Notes under the pieces: model-generated
What the model saw: only the letters and a program-made list of their open reading frames with translations
Database searches by the model: none
What the model was told of the DNA's origin: nothing
Made by a program: the position numbers and the translations under genes
DNA from: Octopus sinensis
Taxonomy: Eukaryota
Assembly: GCF_006345805.1 (NCBI RefSeq)
Contig: NC_043003.1
Coordinates: 75,206,001 to 75,270,000 of the forward strand
DNA length: 64,000 bases
Reading direction: 5' to 3'
Part shown: piece by piece, positions 48,791 through 63,700 of the stretch
Position numbering within the stretch: the first letter of the stretch is position 1
How the letters are laid out: every line of letters begins with the position of its first letter

Positions 48791-51587
48791 CTATTTTGTT
48801 TTGAAACTTGGTCCTGAAAGAAAACTGTAGATAAATAGAATCAATAATAAAAATGTTATGCGTCCGCAAAATTTCCGCTTCGTATTCGGTTGACAGTAAA
48901 TGAGTTTTCTTGCGCTAAATCACCTTCTGCGGTCATTCTATTTCTCCCTCTCGCACATTCATACGCACATACACACATATACCTTCCTCTACCTTCCATA
49001 TACTAACATCCATGTCAACACATTCGACGCATGTCTCAAAACTCACTCAGTATTCATACAATTTATGCACAGAATATGCATACATATACCTGATTATCGT
49101 ACCCTTGGACATATCAACACGCAAACACATATATGTTTACACTCATATACGCAGTTACAAACATATACGCAAGGAGAAAATGCGTGTACATCATTTCTAA
49201 GAGTCTCCATTCCCTACTTACATTTACATACAAAGACATACTTATGCATAATTCAAAACCATCTCCAAATTTATTTCTTTTCTTCCCCTAGAAACTAGCA
49301 ACTCAATTCTATTCACGTCCTTTCTAAAATACCAACACGTTTCCACTTTGAATACTAGAATTCATTGTCTTACCTTTCATTTCTTTTACTTCTTATACCT
49401 TGACAAAGGGCAGCTGTTGGCATTGACTATTTTTCTTCTACGATTTGCTAGGAAGAAAAGCAGGCGCTCAAATTGCAGGATTCCGAATTTAAACTCAGCT
49501 CTTAGACTATCATCATTTCCACATAAGACTTGTGTTTTTCATAACTTAAGCAAACTTTTCAATAAAGAAACAAGATGCAATCTCAAATATTGTCATGAAA
49601 CATCTTACATATCCAGATGTTCACAACTTTAGTGAATGGTTTCCATCTTAGTTTTACCGCATTAAGTTCGGCCACAATTTACCAAATTTGTAACGAAGTC
49701 GGATCTTCTAGAGGCGTTTTATTCATGTTGATAAAGATTCCTCATTAAATGATTTTCTGTAATGTTTTCATCGTATCCGTACATATTTGGATTAAATGTT
49801 CTTTCTTGCACATGAATGTATCTTTGGTTCAAAGTGTGTAGGGAAGAATGAATAGCGATATCGTCAGTATATAAGTGGATGAACTTATAGGGAAAGTTGG
49901 TGGTTTAAAGGGTTAAGTTAAATCAGGATAATTTCCATGAGCAAATATCTCAACATTTTAATCTGATCAGAAGCTACCGATCTTCAAGAGGATCTAATGA
50001 AATCTTTAACGGAATTGCTTACAAAGAGAATTCGTGTCAAGAGAAGAGAATAAATTCAGACAAATTTCTTGAGGAAGTGAATTACGTTGCTACTGATATG
50101 AAGACTATATCCCAGTAAATATGGTGTTAAGAAAGCCCTATTGGTTGTCAGGAAAGGAAGAATAGTAACTGTGATATACTAGTTAAATGTCGTCTTGTTT
50201 TTGTAAGAGAGGGCAATTTCATTCGAGCGTTGTAGGTCACAATAATTGTCAGGACATCTGCAGCACGGCTACAAATGTAGTGTAAACAAGCTGGGGTTTT
50301 TGAAATAAATGCACTGGTACGGGTGGACCGTCGATGGCCATGCTTACTATTATCAGAGGAGATGCAGTGGTTTTGTTAAGTTTAAAGTTGTATCAGTTGT
50401 TTGACGTGACAGAATATCTGTTATAGATCAATGTAATTCATAAAAGTAACTGATTAAATGATTTTATGAATCACGTTTACTCTACGGACGGATTGCATAC
50501 GAAATCAGTATGAGTGTCATGATAATTTGCCCGTGTTGAAATAACATAGGTGATGATTTTAAAGGGGCTAAGGCGAGGCGTGTGTTCTTGATGTTGGAAA
50601 ATATATTGGTTGAGTAAATGAACGTTTTATGATTGATAAGCTGATACGAGTGGAGTCAATCTATGCATACGCTGAGGCTTGTATATAGATTTTAGATGTA
50701 TCAGAGACAGACATATATACAGATAGGTAAATATACAGATAAATATATTGATAAATAGAGAGAGAGAGAAATTTGGGTTATAGAAACATGAGGAGAAAAA
50801 AACTGGAGATAGTCAACGGCTTATAATTACTCTCCTCCATTAACATTTGTGAACTGGGAAATCAATGAAGCAATTTATAAATAGATTTAATAATTATAAT
50901 TACTTTTTGATTATTTGTTTTGTTGTTTTTTTTTCCTCACGTGTGTTTGTGATTGATATCGACAATTTATTTTTTTCTGCGTTGAATATTTCAAATGTTC
51001 ACAATAGAGGGATGAAGATCCAGTTCATAATTTAGAAATGCATGAGTAATTATGATAGTCTACTGTGCAATGCTAGTTGCTGCTTTTGTTGTCGTTGTTC
51101 AGACCCGTAGAACCCTCCGAATAACAAGAGATGTAATAAAATAAATAATCCCTACATTGGTATATATATATATAGAGAGAGCGGCATTGCTCGTGGTATG
51201 TTTGGCGTGGGACTTAGAAACACTTGGTCCTTATTCCTCCAACTCATGGGATCAGCTGTATGCCCACTCGTTTGTAAACATTAGCCTTCATCTGTGATTC
51301 ATCCCAAATAAAGAAGTTTATGTCAACTGAAGAGTTGTTCTTTGAACTTGTGTGCCAAAAATTATATTACATAATGTATTAAATAATGTATATTTCATCA
51401 TGAAACAATATAGAATAGGAAATATGTTACCTGTTTCTAGCAATAAGGGTCAACATATGTAAATCACTGTACATAAATTGTATCATTACTAAGTTGAACT
51501 GCTATTGTTATTCACGGAGATGGGCACTTGATTACTTTGAATTTTAACCAGTAATTCATTAGTCTAATACTAAGATGCTCGTTAGAG

Positions 51588-51755
51588 CTGTGAGTTGGCA
51601 GACTCGTGAGCACAACTAGCTACATGTTTCGCGGTATTTAGTGTCTTTAATTTCTGAGTTCGAATTCCTTCGAAGTAGATCTTGTTTTTCATCATGTAAT
51701 CGACACACTCCTTTCTCCAAACTTACTATCCTTCTGCCAAAATTTGAAATCACTA
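51588..51755 (+). mobile_element. Degenerate SINE family B
   Basis: gtgagttggcagactcgtgagcac..tttctgagttcgaattcc..atgtaatcgac..ctgccaaaatttgaaatc. Confidence 0.65.
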
Positions 51756-51954
51756 TTAAGGTGTTCGTTGAAGTTCATTGCTATGACATTAAATTATCTC
51801 TTATTTATTAAAGAAATATTACAAAGTTAGATATGAGAGAAAACTTCACAATTAAAGAAGAAACATTGTCAAAAGTTAAACTATAAAATAATTATTTCTA
51901 CTATAGATACAGGACATTAAATCAAGTGGTATGGGGCTAGTTGAGGACAACAAC

Positions 51955-52105
51955 CCAAGTGCTTAACTAGTATTTATTTTATTGACTCCGAAGGATGAAG
52001 GCAAAGTCGACCACGGTGAAATTTGTAGTCAGAATGTAAAGGCGGACGAAATGTCGATAAATATTCTGCCCAGCTAGCTAACAATTGAGCCAGATTGCCT
52101 GCTTA
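51955..52105 (-). mobile_element. SINE family B fragment
   Basis: ttttattgactccgaaggatgaaggcaaagtcgaccacggtgaaatttg..tcagaatgtaaaggcggacgaaat. Confidence 0.8.
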
Positions 52106-53089
52106 TAAGCTATAAAATATACAAAGATGATCTAAATAACTTACGGCATTTATTCCGATGCAGCTTTGTCAACTTCCATTCTAGAGTCACAAGTGTAACA
52201 GATTAGCAAAATTTTAGCGCAGAATGCTTTAGAATATTCGATCGGAGTAAGTGCGTCCTTGTTTGAAGTCACGAAATCTGCCGTTTATTGAAAGATGTAA
52301 TCTGTCACTCATTTTAGCAGCATCTCCTAGGGTTTGAAAGCTTTTAGTTGAAGCAACTTTGACAAAAATATTTGACGTGCAATTCCAGTTATGCTATTAC
52401 CTTGTTATCAGTTTCGGATGCTTTACATGTGTTCATACTTACTGATTGTTACTGCATAGAAATAATACTAAAACAGGTTTAGCCCCCGCTAGACACATTG
52501 CTTTATTGCAATTATTACAATTATAAACTATGTTATCGTATTTCTGGGGGATACATACAAATATCTATATCATAAAAACACAAGATGTTTTAGACACCTG
52601 AGGATAAATTTATGAATCAAAAGTTAACCTATGATTGAAATGGTGATTACTATCTGCTCAAATTTTATTGTATATTCTTGACTATAACAATTCACTGTCG
52701 AAGACTGTTCCTTGGAGGTAATGATATGAAATAACTCCTATCTAAATCTAAACAAAAACGAATAAAAAGGAATTCTTATTTTTCGGTGAGTGAAAGCCTC
52801 AAGATGCTTTTTTTTCCCAGTACAATAACTAAATTAGTGTATTTGGCAAGATGGTGTGATTGCTTTTGTTTAGGAGAAGTTGTTTCATTGTGGACTATTT
52901 ACAAAGCTTGATATAAAAATATCACTGTGAATGGGCTAGGAAAACCAGTAAAGGAAGACATGACAAATATAGAATTAAAAAGAATGCGTATAAATACATA
53001 GGAAATTGAGGTGAAGCAATTTGCACGGTGCTAAAATGAATAACTGATTTTCAGAAATTTAAAAGAAACGTAAAAGAAATCAATCATAG

Positions 53090-53990
53090 AAAAGCAGCCG
53101 ATGCTGCTGCGCCTGTGTCTGACGAAAGCGATGGCGATAATTATGAGGAGGGGAAGAGGAGGAAGAAGAGAAATACGGTGACAACAATGACAACAATGAC
53201 TACAACGATGAAAAGGAGAATGATGATGATGTGGATGACGACATTTTTGATAAGAATCTATATAAAGTTGCTCGTGAATGTGTTGCTGATGGAAGTTGCG
53301 ATGCTGATGCTGACTATGCTGTTGGTAACGATCAAGTTTATTTTGATTACTTATCATGACTATGACGCCAGTAATGAAATCATTGGTAATGATGAGAACG
53401 CTGACAGTGAAATATTTGCTGATATTCCTGGTCATATTCATGGTAATGATAATTATCTAAGTTGTATTAATTAAAGTAATGAAATTTCTGGACATCAGAG
53501 ATTGAAATAAATGAATAATAAATGAAAAAATACGATGAGGCGACATGATGAAAATTTTATTAACTGAAGTAAATGATATTATTAAAATAACTTTCTACTA
53601 ATTATAATGACATTGGTAGAAATACATGTAACAAAAAATTAAAAAAAAGACTTACAGGTATTCTTCATTTGTTACAATAAATATTATTTATATGACGAGA
53701 CAGAACACATATAGATTACTTCATGATTGTGATTATAATTAAGAAGATTATGACAAAGATGATAACGAAGATGGTAAAGAAAAAGATGATGATTATGACG
53801 ATAATGAAATAGAAAAATGTGATAGTGGTAATGGAAATGATATGGCGGCAGTAAATATTTTGACAGTGACGACGAAGATGATGAGGATGATGATGAAGAC
53901 GACGGTGACGACGATGATGATGATAATGATGATGATGACGAAATCGATGACGGAGATGATGGTAATGAAAACAATGAAAAAATATAATGG
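53090..53990. repeat. Cryptic (GAT/AAT/GAC)-rich low-complexity tracts
   Basis: Degenerate trinucleotide periodicity, strongest at 53100-53460 and 53720-53990. Confidence 0.75.
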
Positions 53991-54107
53991 TATAAATATT
54001 AGAAATACAAAACTGATATTTTAATATTAAATGCATCGCAAAGACGTGTGTGTGTGTGTTATGTGTTCTTATGTGTGTTTGTGTGTGTGCGTGTGTGTGT
54101 GTGTGCT

Positions 54108-54138
<31 letters not shown>

Positions 54139-55145
54139 GTGTGTGTTTACACGCAAGCAAATATATTATCGTATATTTACATTTAGAAACACCTGAAATT
54201 TCTTCAATTTATTTCCTGGCTATAAGTGTGCCGCAAAAAACCTGGCTGGAGGCTCAACGTTCGGAGCTCATTTACAAGGTTTAGAAAAACTGAAGGACTG
54301 CTGCAATGTGTACATTTGAGATTGGAACATGAAGAATAAAATCAAAATTGTGTGATTCTCCTGTACCTTGTTATACTTAAAGCCAGAAACTGTTCAGCAC
54401 CTCCACGTACAATCCTGGGTTCTATTAATTACGAATATTCTTACTCTTGCGCCTCCACTTTTGTCATAGCCAACTATATGTACATACGAAACCAAGTGAA
54501 AGCACTAAAAAATACACAACTAAATATCTTTTCATGTTTGAACTATAATCTAAAACAAAAAAATTATTTCCTTTTATTCTTTTAAGTGTTTCAGCTTCAA
54601 AGCTGCAGTCATGTTGGGGCACATGGACAAAAGGTAAATTGTATAAAAAATCCAAATATGATCAAGTGCCAATAGATTGAGTGATGCGAATGAGAACGCA
54701 GTGCAGCAAATATGAATGGATGAGGTTGATGCAAATTGTTTTCAAGTTCGCTTTCACGGGAAACATATTGCACTCACCACAACTCGCCTCATATATTTGT
54801 TACAATATATGCTTGACGCCATCATGATAAACCGTGTTTTCCAGTTAAAAGACACCAAGCCTCATCTTAGAGACAAGGCCAGAGATGGCACTTGACGTTA
54901 CTGTTGCTACCATGACCAACATATTATAGTAGGCGGACATGAGAACTTCATAAATCAGGGTCCAGTTGCGCTTCGCTCGACTACGAAAAATCAATCATTA
55001 GTTGCCCATTATGGACATATATTGGCTGTATAACATTGTGATTGTACTGGGAGTCGTCCTTTGCTGAACATTTAGCATGTCAATGTACAGATCACGAAGG
55101 CAATGAGGGGAAACCAATAAGAGAAGAAAAGTAAACAGGTAATTA

Positions 55146-56388
55146 TTGGGTTATCCGGAAAGTCATGCCAATTTTTAAGGGAGATTAAGACCAAACAAAA
55201 TCACGCTATCAAATATTTATTCAACTAAATATGACCTTTTGTTGCACAAATTCTCTCCATATTTTCTGAACTTAAAGATTCTATCTCCCTAGAATTTCGA
55301 TGGTTTTTGTGAAAAAAAAACTCATTAAGGTGATTTTATATGTCCTTCAATGAATTAAACATTTTTACCGTTGAGATTATTTTGAAAGGATCTGGATAAG
55401 TGAAAATCAGAGAGAGTAATGTCTGGTGAATATAGAGGATGGTATAATAATCCCAGGCAACATATTTAGTCAGGTCGCCAAAGAAACGTGAGGGCTGGCA
55501 TCCTGATGGAAAAAAAAAACACCTTTCCTTGTCGCGAAATCTGGACATTTTTCTTGAATCGCAGCCTTTAAACCGTCCTTTTGCTAGCAGTTACATCTCA
55601 GAATTAATTGACTGGTTACTTGGCAGAAGCTCATAGTACTGAATTCCTTTCCAATCTAAGCAGATGCAGAACAGGACTTTCTTAGTATGAAGCCCTGCTT
55701 TTGGGTCGGCCAAATGCAGCATATGCCGCTTACCCCAGGATCTTTTTCGCTGAACATTGTTGCATAAGATCCATTTCTCATCACTCGTTACTTGAAAAAG
55801 AGTGCATTTTCATTGCGTTTATACAGAAAATCACAGATAGAGATGCGATCCAAAATATTCTTTTCACTCAGATCATGTGATAGATACTCAAACATCGTAG
55901 CGATTTGTGTACCAAAGCTTCACTAAGTGCTCATGGACGGTGGATTTTGATAAATTTAGATAAAACCATGCATTGCGTAATGCATATTATTCTCAGTCAA
56001 CGTCTTGATTTGGTCTTCATCTGGAGTTGGGTATCTGCCTAAGCGTTCTTCATCAATAAGGCTACAATCACCCACTCTAACCTACCGAACCACATCTATA
56101 CAGTTCTACCAATACCTTCACCGTACACAGCACATATATTTTTGTTGCTTGTAAGGCATTTTTGCCTTTACGGTAATAAAAATATATCAAGCATCTAAAA
56201 TGGTCCTTCTATTTTCATAGAGATTCAAAACAGACACGAATTAAGTTATTTTAAACTTACTTACTCAGGAGATAATGTGGGCTAACCAGAAATGTAAGCA
56301 TATTATATATGTCTATACATTCGACGTGTTCTAACCTATTGGATCATGAGCGATGAAAAATCAGCATGAACTTTCCGGACAAATCTAT
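55146..56388 (-). mobile_element. Full-length degenerate mariner element (~1.24 kb) with diverged TIRs
   Basis: Left TIR ttgggttatccggaaagtcatg, right catgaactttccggacaaatcta; minus strand PDPFKIISTVK and FFSQKPSKF segments and WDYYTILYI..LSLIF..(SPDLAPSDYHLF region, degraded). Confidence 0.8.
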
Positions 56389-57984
56389 GAATAAAACTTA
56401 AAGACAAAATATCGAAAGCAAAATGATATTTATTAACTTTGAATATTTACAAATAAATGAACATGTTCGTTCCTTTGTTATCTAAATACGAACAATCATT
56501 TAAATATCGTGATCTTCCTTTTATATACTTGGCAATGATAACATCTAAATCCCAAATACCATAAATTTACCAGATATTAATATATCTGCTTGCGATTTTG
56601 AATACACTTTTTCTGTTTGAAAGTCTGGATGAATTCATAAAACAGAATAAACAAATATTTTAGTTCGATGTAAGGAAGAGAGTTGTTTTGACGGGAGAAA
56701 TGTTATTTATTTTGATATTTTGGGACGATAAATGTCTCTAATGAAATATCATTAGAATAATTTTTAAAAATAGATTTTAATATCTTTTTACGTAAAACGA
56801 CTTTGTTATGATTTTCATAAATTCTCCTTCGCCTCGAATACATGCTGAATACAAAAAGAGAATTGAATAAATAAGATTAACCAAGAGAACCATTGTTACA
56901 AGATTTGTATATTGATATAAAAAGTCAAAACTCAGAATCCTTGATATATATTTTATAAGTACACACCAGACTACATTACATCTGCTTTTTAATATATTTT
57001 ATGAAATATATATATTAAACATATTTCGTTTTCAGATAAGCATGTACAAATGACAAAATAGAAGTAAACAACAAAAAGATAGACCATATTCATAGTTAAT
57101 ACGATTACATTAACGCTCAGGAAGAACTGTAACAGTAAAAGTTATAATGTTTCGGAAATAGTCTCTATTTGAATACAGGAGAAAAACAGACGAGAAGTAG
57201 AATGGGTATAAAACAAGATGAGAGTGAGGGAAACTGCATGGGGATTCATCAGGACGTCAGTGCATTTGGACTTTTCAGTGTACTTGAAACGATAACACCA
57301 GAAGTGTAGGAGTAAAGAACTATAATTTGCATATTACTCTGTTCTAAGAACTGATCTGAATACATGCAGCGTCCAAGCGGACAGTATTAATTATCTAACT
57401 TTCAAATATAGAGCTTTCCTATACTTGTTCTTTCTGTCTGGAAAGTTTGACTCAGTAGTTAAACAGATTTTGATTATACAATCTAATATTTTTCAAGGAA
57501 CTGTGCGTTGCGATTGTTCTCATAATCACGAAATTCATAGGAGTAATTCTGTATAATTTTGGCCAAATTTTCATATTTACTGAGAGACACATATAGAAAG
57601 AGATGGTGATAAATACACAGACATATACGTATATGTATGCATATTTATGGTTACATTCGTGTGGGTACGTATGAGCTTTCGTTCATAATTCTGTGTGTGT
57701 TGTGTATGATTTTGCGTGTGTCCGTATAATGTGTGTGCGTGTTTGTGTGTGTGTGTGTCTGCTGTATACCGACATTAATGAATAATGAAATAACGAAATG
57801 AAGGATTGAGTAAATGAAAATGAACGTATATAAATAAAATAATGAACTGAAGAAAGAAATTTAAAAAAATATATATATAAATTCTATTCGTAAATTTAGC
57901 AAACTAATGAACGTAACCTCTTCATGAGCAACTATTGATTATATTAATTAAGAAATGTGATTTTTTAATGTTTTCTAGGTAAGT

Positions 57985-58260
<276 letters not shown>

Positions 58261-58604
58261 ATCATTCGAGAAACACAGGAAAAGACAACAAGAAAAAAAA
58301 ACGTTTCACTCTCTAATTACATTACAGCTAGCGTTTGGAAATCATCAACTAACATAATTTATTTATAGTCGTGGCTTTCAATGTGTTCGGATTTTTAAAT
58401 AAATTTTCTGCATTTGTATTTTTCTACTAAATATCAGTATTTTTCCCCTGCTTGTGTGGAGGGTTTTTTTCTTTTTTCCCTCTCTCTCTCCGTGTTTTCT
58501 CTCTCAATTCTCTCAGAATCTTGTTTATTGTCGCTCTCCTTTCGCTACTATTATGTCTACTACTTCTTGTAGGAGAAATAATAGTAACTATGATGCTCGT
58601 TTAT

Positions 58605-58649
58605 GAACATCATCATCATTATCATCGTCGTCCTCATCATCACCATCAC

Positions 58650-58689
<40 letters not shown>

Positions 58690-58694
58690 ATTAC

Positions 58695-58792
<98 letters not shown>

Positions 58793-58880
58793 TAGAAGTA
58801 ATATTAATAATATCGGAAAAGAAGAAGAAGAAGAAGAAGAAGAAGAAGAAGAAGAAAGAAGAAGAAGAAGAAGAAGAAGA
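58605..58880. repeat. Compound (CAT)n-(TAT)n-(TAG)n-(AAG)n microsatellite
   Basis: Directly visible. Confidence 0.95.
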
Positions 58881-59809
58881 ATCTGCTTTAGTTTGATATA
58901 GTGGCAAATGGACAAAATACTTAATAAGAAATCACTCGAATATGTGATGATAAAATGAGGCATTGTTTTGAGCAGGTGTTCGTCTGCATTTTAATATTTT
59001 ATTTTCTCGTGGAAAAGTTGACTTTTTTGTTAAATAACTACTGATATAACCGTCTACATTAAGAAATATACTCGAAATAGCTGCCGGGAAATAGTTGCAT
59101 CGGCAGCAAAATTGATATTTGAATGATGTTAGCTGTATGAAACTTGGCACTTTAGCCACGGAGAGAGGGGAGATAACCAACTTTAAGTGAATGGCCACAT
59201 TGAAAAAATGGATTTTAGAACGTTATTCGTTTTGATTCAAGTATCTAAGCATACTGAACCTGAATGTTGGCAGGGAAAAAATACACGATATTAGTTCATA
59301 TGATTAATAACATATGAATAATTTAGTTCAGAGAAGATGTGATCCATACTCTGTAAATTTCTGATTCACAGAACAGAATAAAAAATAAAATAATAATTGG
59401 GCACCGAAAGCTTTAGACACAGGTAGATGTCAAACCTTTATATAAGATAATTTAGGTTATATAGAGAAGGCATACCTAAGCGTCTAACTCTGTGAGGTGA
59501 AGTAAAGTAGTACTTTGCAAGAACGAAAACATTCTGCTTCAACCTACTACAATAGAAATATGACTTAGGTACGTTGAAATTTGAAGAGATAAAAGCATAT
59601 CAAAGCACAATAAAGGGAAGCCCTGGAAGATATACACCAGGATAGAGAGTTCTAGAAAAACACCAAGAATAAAATGATTCATGATTCATTGTAAGTCTTC
59701 GGTGTCGAAGTTTATGTAGGGAAACAGAAAACTGGTGGACAGCTGCTGAAGAATAGTCACTAAATATTAATTTAGTTTGGAGCTAAAACACGCATTTTCA
59801 TCCAACAAA

Positions 59810-59935
59810 TACCATTATATATTCTGAAAGAATTGTACGCATATTCTCGATATTTGAGGAGACTTGTAATGACCAAGCCTCAAGTTAACATTCCTGCTAA
59901 TTAAATTGAATTGTAATTTGATGATGATGAAGATG

Positions 59936-59974
<39 letters not shown>

Positions 59975-59995
59975 GTAGTAATAATAATAATAACA
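59810..59995 (+). mobile_element. Probable extreme 3' end of an R4/Dong-like LINE with (GAT)(AAT)n tail
   Basis: gtacgcatattctcgatatttgaggagacttgtaatgac resembles the ..RILRKVLEI* end of R4-like ORFs; followed by (AAT)n at about 59937-59993. Confidence 0.45.
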
Positions 59996-59999
59996 GAAA

Positions 60000-60710
60000 A
60001 ATCCGGTGTAATGATTCTCAAAGGGAGGGGGGAATCAATTAAGGGTCAAGCAGGAAAGTGGTGAAGCTATAAAGGAAGTCGGCGAGGAAAGATATAAGTA
60101 GGTGGGTATCATTGAAAGCGATAAGATGGATGAACACAAGATGAAAGAAATGTACAGGAAGGATTATTTGATGAGAATGCGGCTTGTGCTCCAATTGAAG
60201 CTAAATAGCCGCTATAAGATTAGAGCAATTAGCACGCGATTGCTTCCTTTGATGAGATATGGGGCAGGAATAATATCTTGGGAGAAACATGAATTACAAG
60301 TGATAGACCAGTGAAAACGTAAATTAATGGTAGACGAACAATGAACTACACTCGAAGAGTGATAAGTGAAGATTGTATGTAAAGTAGATTGGACGACAGG
60401 GTCGAGTGTGTTGTGAAATGTGTGTAAGGAATGATGAAAATAGCCTAGCTTGGTATGTGAAGTGGAGTAAAGAAGAAATGACTGAAGCAGTGAAAATGCA
60501 GGGACCCTTAAAAGTGAACGAAACCGTAGATCCAACACAATTTAAGAAAGACCAGTCAGTTCTTGAATAAAAATGAGTTTGGTTAGAATAGAACCTGGCA
60601 ATTGCTGTAAAAGGTAGAAGTAATGCATGTATTTTGGACATGGTATTCTGTATTCTGCAAGAATCTCAAGGAAAATTCTAGAGATGTAAGAAATCATGTT
60701 ACTAACATGT
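60000..60710 (+). mobile_element. Internally deleted R4/Dong-like LINE fragment (late RT region to ORF C-terminus)
   Basis: YK*VGIIESDKM..MKEMYRKDYLMRMRLVLQLKLNSRYKIRAISTRLLPLMRYGAGIISWEKHELQVID..LHSKSD..RLYV and a terminal SARISRKILEM*. Confidence 0.8.
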
Positions 60711-63700
60711 TTCAGAATAATATAGAGGTTAGCTAAATTTGAAAGTCAAATATTTTGGTTTGGCAATAATGATGATGAGGGGGAAGAGGAAGAGGGGGAT
60801 GAAGCGGAGAAGGGGATGAAAGAAGTAAAAACAACTACGACAGTAATAATAATTAAAAGAAAGGCAAGAAAAAGAGAAAAAAGGAAGAAGCACAACTAGA
60901 AGAAGAGAAAAAGAACAACAATATGATGATGATAATGATGATGATGATGATAAAACTTATGTTTTAATCTTAAGAAGGTTTTCTAACATAAGCATGAAAA
61001 CGGAGAACGAACATGTCAAAACAGACATCAAAATATCCTCACTCTGACTAGGTCTCCCTCTTTCTCCCTGTCCATTTCCCTATCAACATGTCACTCGCAC
61101 TGTCTGTCACGTCAAGAAGAAAATAAGCTGGTATATTTGTTATGCTAGATTACTTTTTAAATTGTTATTTAAATTTTTGTCGTTGTAATTTGTTCACCAT
61201 ACATCGCTTCGGCTTAGAAAGCATCATGCATATAAAAATGAACGCAACGATCCTATAAAAGACAACCATACCATCCTCGTTGAGATATAACAACCTTTGG
61301 CCTGTATGCCACACTCATCCCTCTAATCTACCCACTTCTAGTCTGTCTTCTGGCTCTCCATCAAACTTGACAACGTTATTATCTTTGGGTGAGGGCAGAC
61401 TCTAGGAAGAAAGCGAAATAACATAAAAACCAGGACAACTAAAGATGATTCTGACTTTGGAGACTTAAACAGCAATTACGAGAAAACATTTCATTTATGT
61501 GAATAATTTCGAAGTATCTATCAAAGATGTCTTTCCATTGCGTTTTCTGTTGCATAGGAGCTCATATCACAACGGAATCATGGTAGTGCTATGCGAAAAA
61601 TGAACAAGAAATATATTATTAAAGAAAGTAACCACGAAAGCAAGAAAAATGTTGAATATCTAGAATGATATGCAATTGCTTAAACTGGGAATAAGGTTTA
61701 CGATTGCCTGTTGTCTATATAAGGAGTGATTTAAAGTATCCTGTTGACTGTGAAAGTGAAAAATATTCATAGAATGATAAACTAAGAATTAAGAAAGCCA
61801 ACTGATGAAAGCCAAATGTTAGAGTACAGCTCCCGAAAGCGAGAGAAATAAATAGCTGCCGTACAGACGAGAACACAAAGAGCATATATGGCGAAAACCC
61901 TTCAATTAATGTTTAACAGTCTCAGATAAAACAGTATATAATAAGCAAACGTCATTGTATTTGTATATATTGGAAAAATCACAAAGCCAAAAGTTGATAA
62001 TATCAATGCATTAAATATGCACGCTACGATCAGTTGTGTAACTTACACAATATTAACATCTTCGGTCGACATATCTAACTGGGAACATAATCAGCAGGTT
62101 TACTCCATAAACAGTAGTTGCCAGAATGATCAAGGACAACGTGGCAACAGAAAAAAGAACAGGAAATGATAAATATAGTGAAGATAGTCAGAAGAAGTGA
62201 GGTAAAGATGAAAATATACATGGGAAAATGGAAGGGGTGAATATAAATTATTAAGTAGATAAGGTAGAAAATTAAACAGGCAAAATATGTCCATCGCAGC
62301 AAAGAGCAAACGATCAAAGAGAGAACTAGAAAGGAACAGATTATAAGGAATATTAAGAAACAGGAGGAGGAGAAGTGAAGAATATGGGGTAAAAAGAAAG
62401 TAAAAAAAAAAAACGAAAAAGTAATAGAAAAGAGACAAATCAAATTAGACATTGCGGATAGGGCAAAATATAGACTATAGTGTGCCAAATATGGAATCAA
62501 GTACGTCGTAAGTTTAAAAAAAGGAAGGTTGAGCAAGTGTAGCCTTTTCAACAGGATGGTTTCCTCATTAACAATAAACTCTAATTCTACTGATTTCTTA
62601 CCACATGCCAGGGGAAATATAAACGCACACGACGCACGAATTGCGGTCATCACAAGCTTATCTTTCAATTATACATAGATATATACACACGCACACACAA
62701 ACACACACACTTATATATAAGAAGATTTCAGAAAGAAATATAATCTTGTGTGATGAAAAGTTTTGAAGATATAAATAAAAATACATCTATGAATTTAAAA
62801 TGTAATTACAATATATAATATCCACATCAACAACATATTCATGTGTTAGCTATTCACAAATATTGGTCGTATACTGTCGGTAGAAAAATTATATTATAGG
62901 AGTATTTAGTTCGTGGGAAATACAGGTTAATGATTGTCCTTGATTGAAATATCCTTAATCTGTTGTTGTATCATTAACACGCCACGTACATCGAATTAGA
63001 AGTCCAAGGGAATAAATGTTGATTGCTTAAGAAATATTTTAACAAGAAGACTATGTCTGTTATGGAACTTCGCAAATATCATATATATGGAGAAAAACAA
63101 ATTTATAGTTTTGGGTATAAATATAAAATATTTCATATAAAATATGATATATATATCTTTTGGGAAACTCTTGCAGTATTTATTTAATACTGAATGAGAT
63201 TCACTTTGGAATTCAGATTCTCTCACGGGTATATAAATAGGAAGTACAATGATGATAAGTCAACACTAGACATTTTTTTAAAAAATCATATAGAATAAAC
63301 GAATTATAATACCATTAATACAGAAATTAGAGACAGATGGGGTGGAAATAGGAACAGCTTAGGACGAATGTAGACGTTGTAAAAGAATATCTATATTTAG
63401 TTAAACAGGCTCTCACCCAAATTCCTGTAATGTTACTTTATGCTTTTAATACGCAGTGAATTTATTGCATTTATTTTGCATAATTCCCTATTACCAAAAA
63501 TAATTTTCAAGGAATCGCGCAAACAAACGTTGTAATTAATTCTACCACTCTGGTAAGTGCATTGATCAGTTTGACAGTATATTTTCTGGTGCAGAATTTG
63601 TTCAGGAAAATACTGGCATGCTCACCAACCATTAAGTGTGTTATATTTGTAATGTGGTGGTCTCTCTTGTTAGTGATATGTTACTCTTCTATTAAAATTA

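Noticed and set aside
53031-54156. Poly-M/T/D/H/S ORFs
   Set aside because: Products of cryptic trinucleotide and (GT)n repeats
59746-59795. CTGAAGA followed by an AT hairpin
   Set aside because: No GAAA core or stem I
61802-61845. CTGATGA...GAAA hammerhead-like spacing
   Set aside because: No convincing stem II, stem III or NUH site
62075-62668. 197-aa hydrophobic minus-strand ORF resembling a membrane protein
   Set aside because: Arises from a purine-rich plus strand; no receptor or transporter motif. The plus strand might be a very decayed LINE piece but could not be supported
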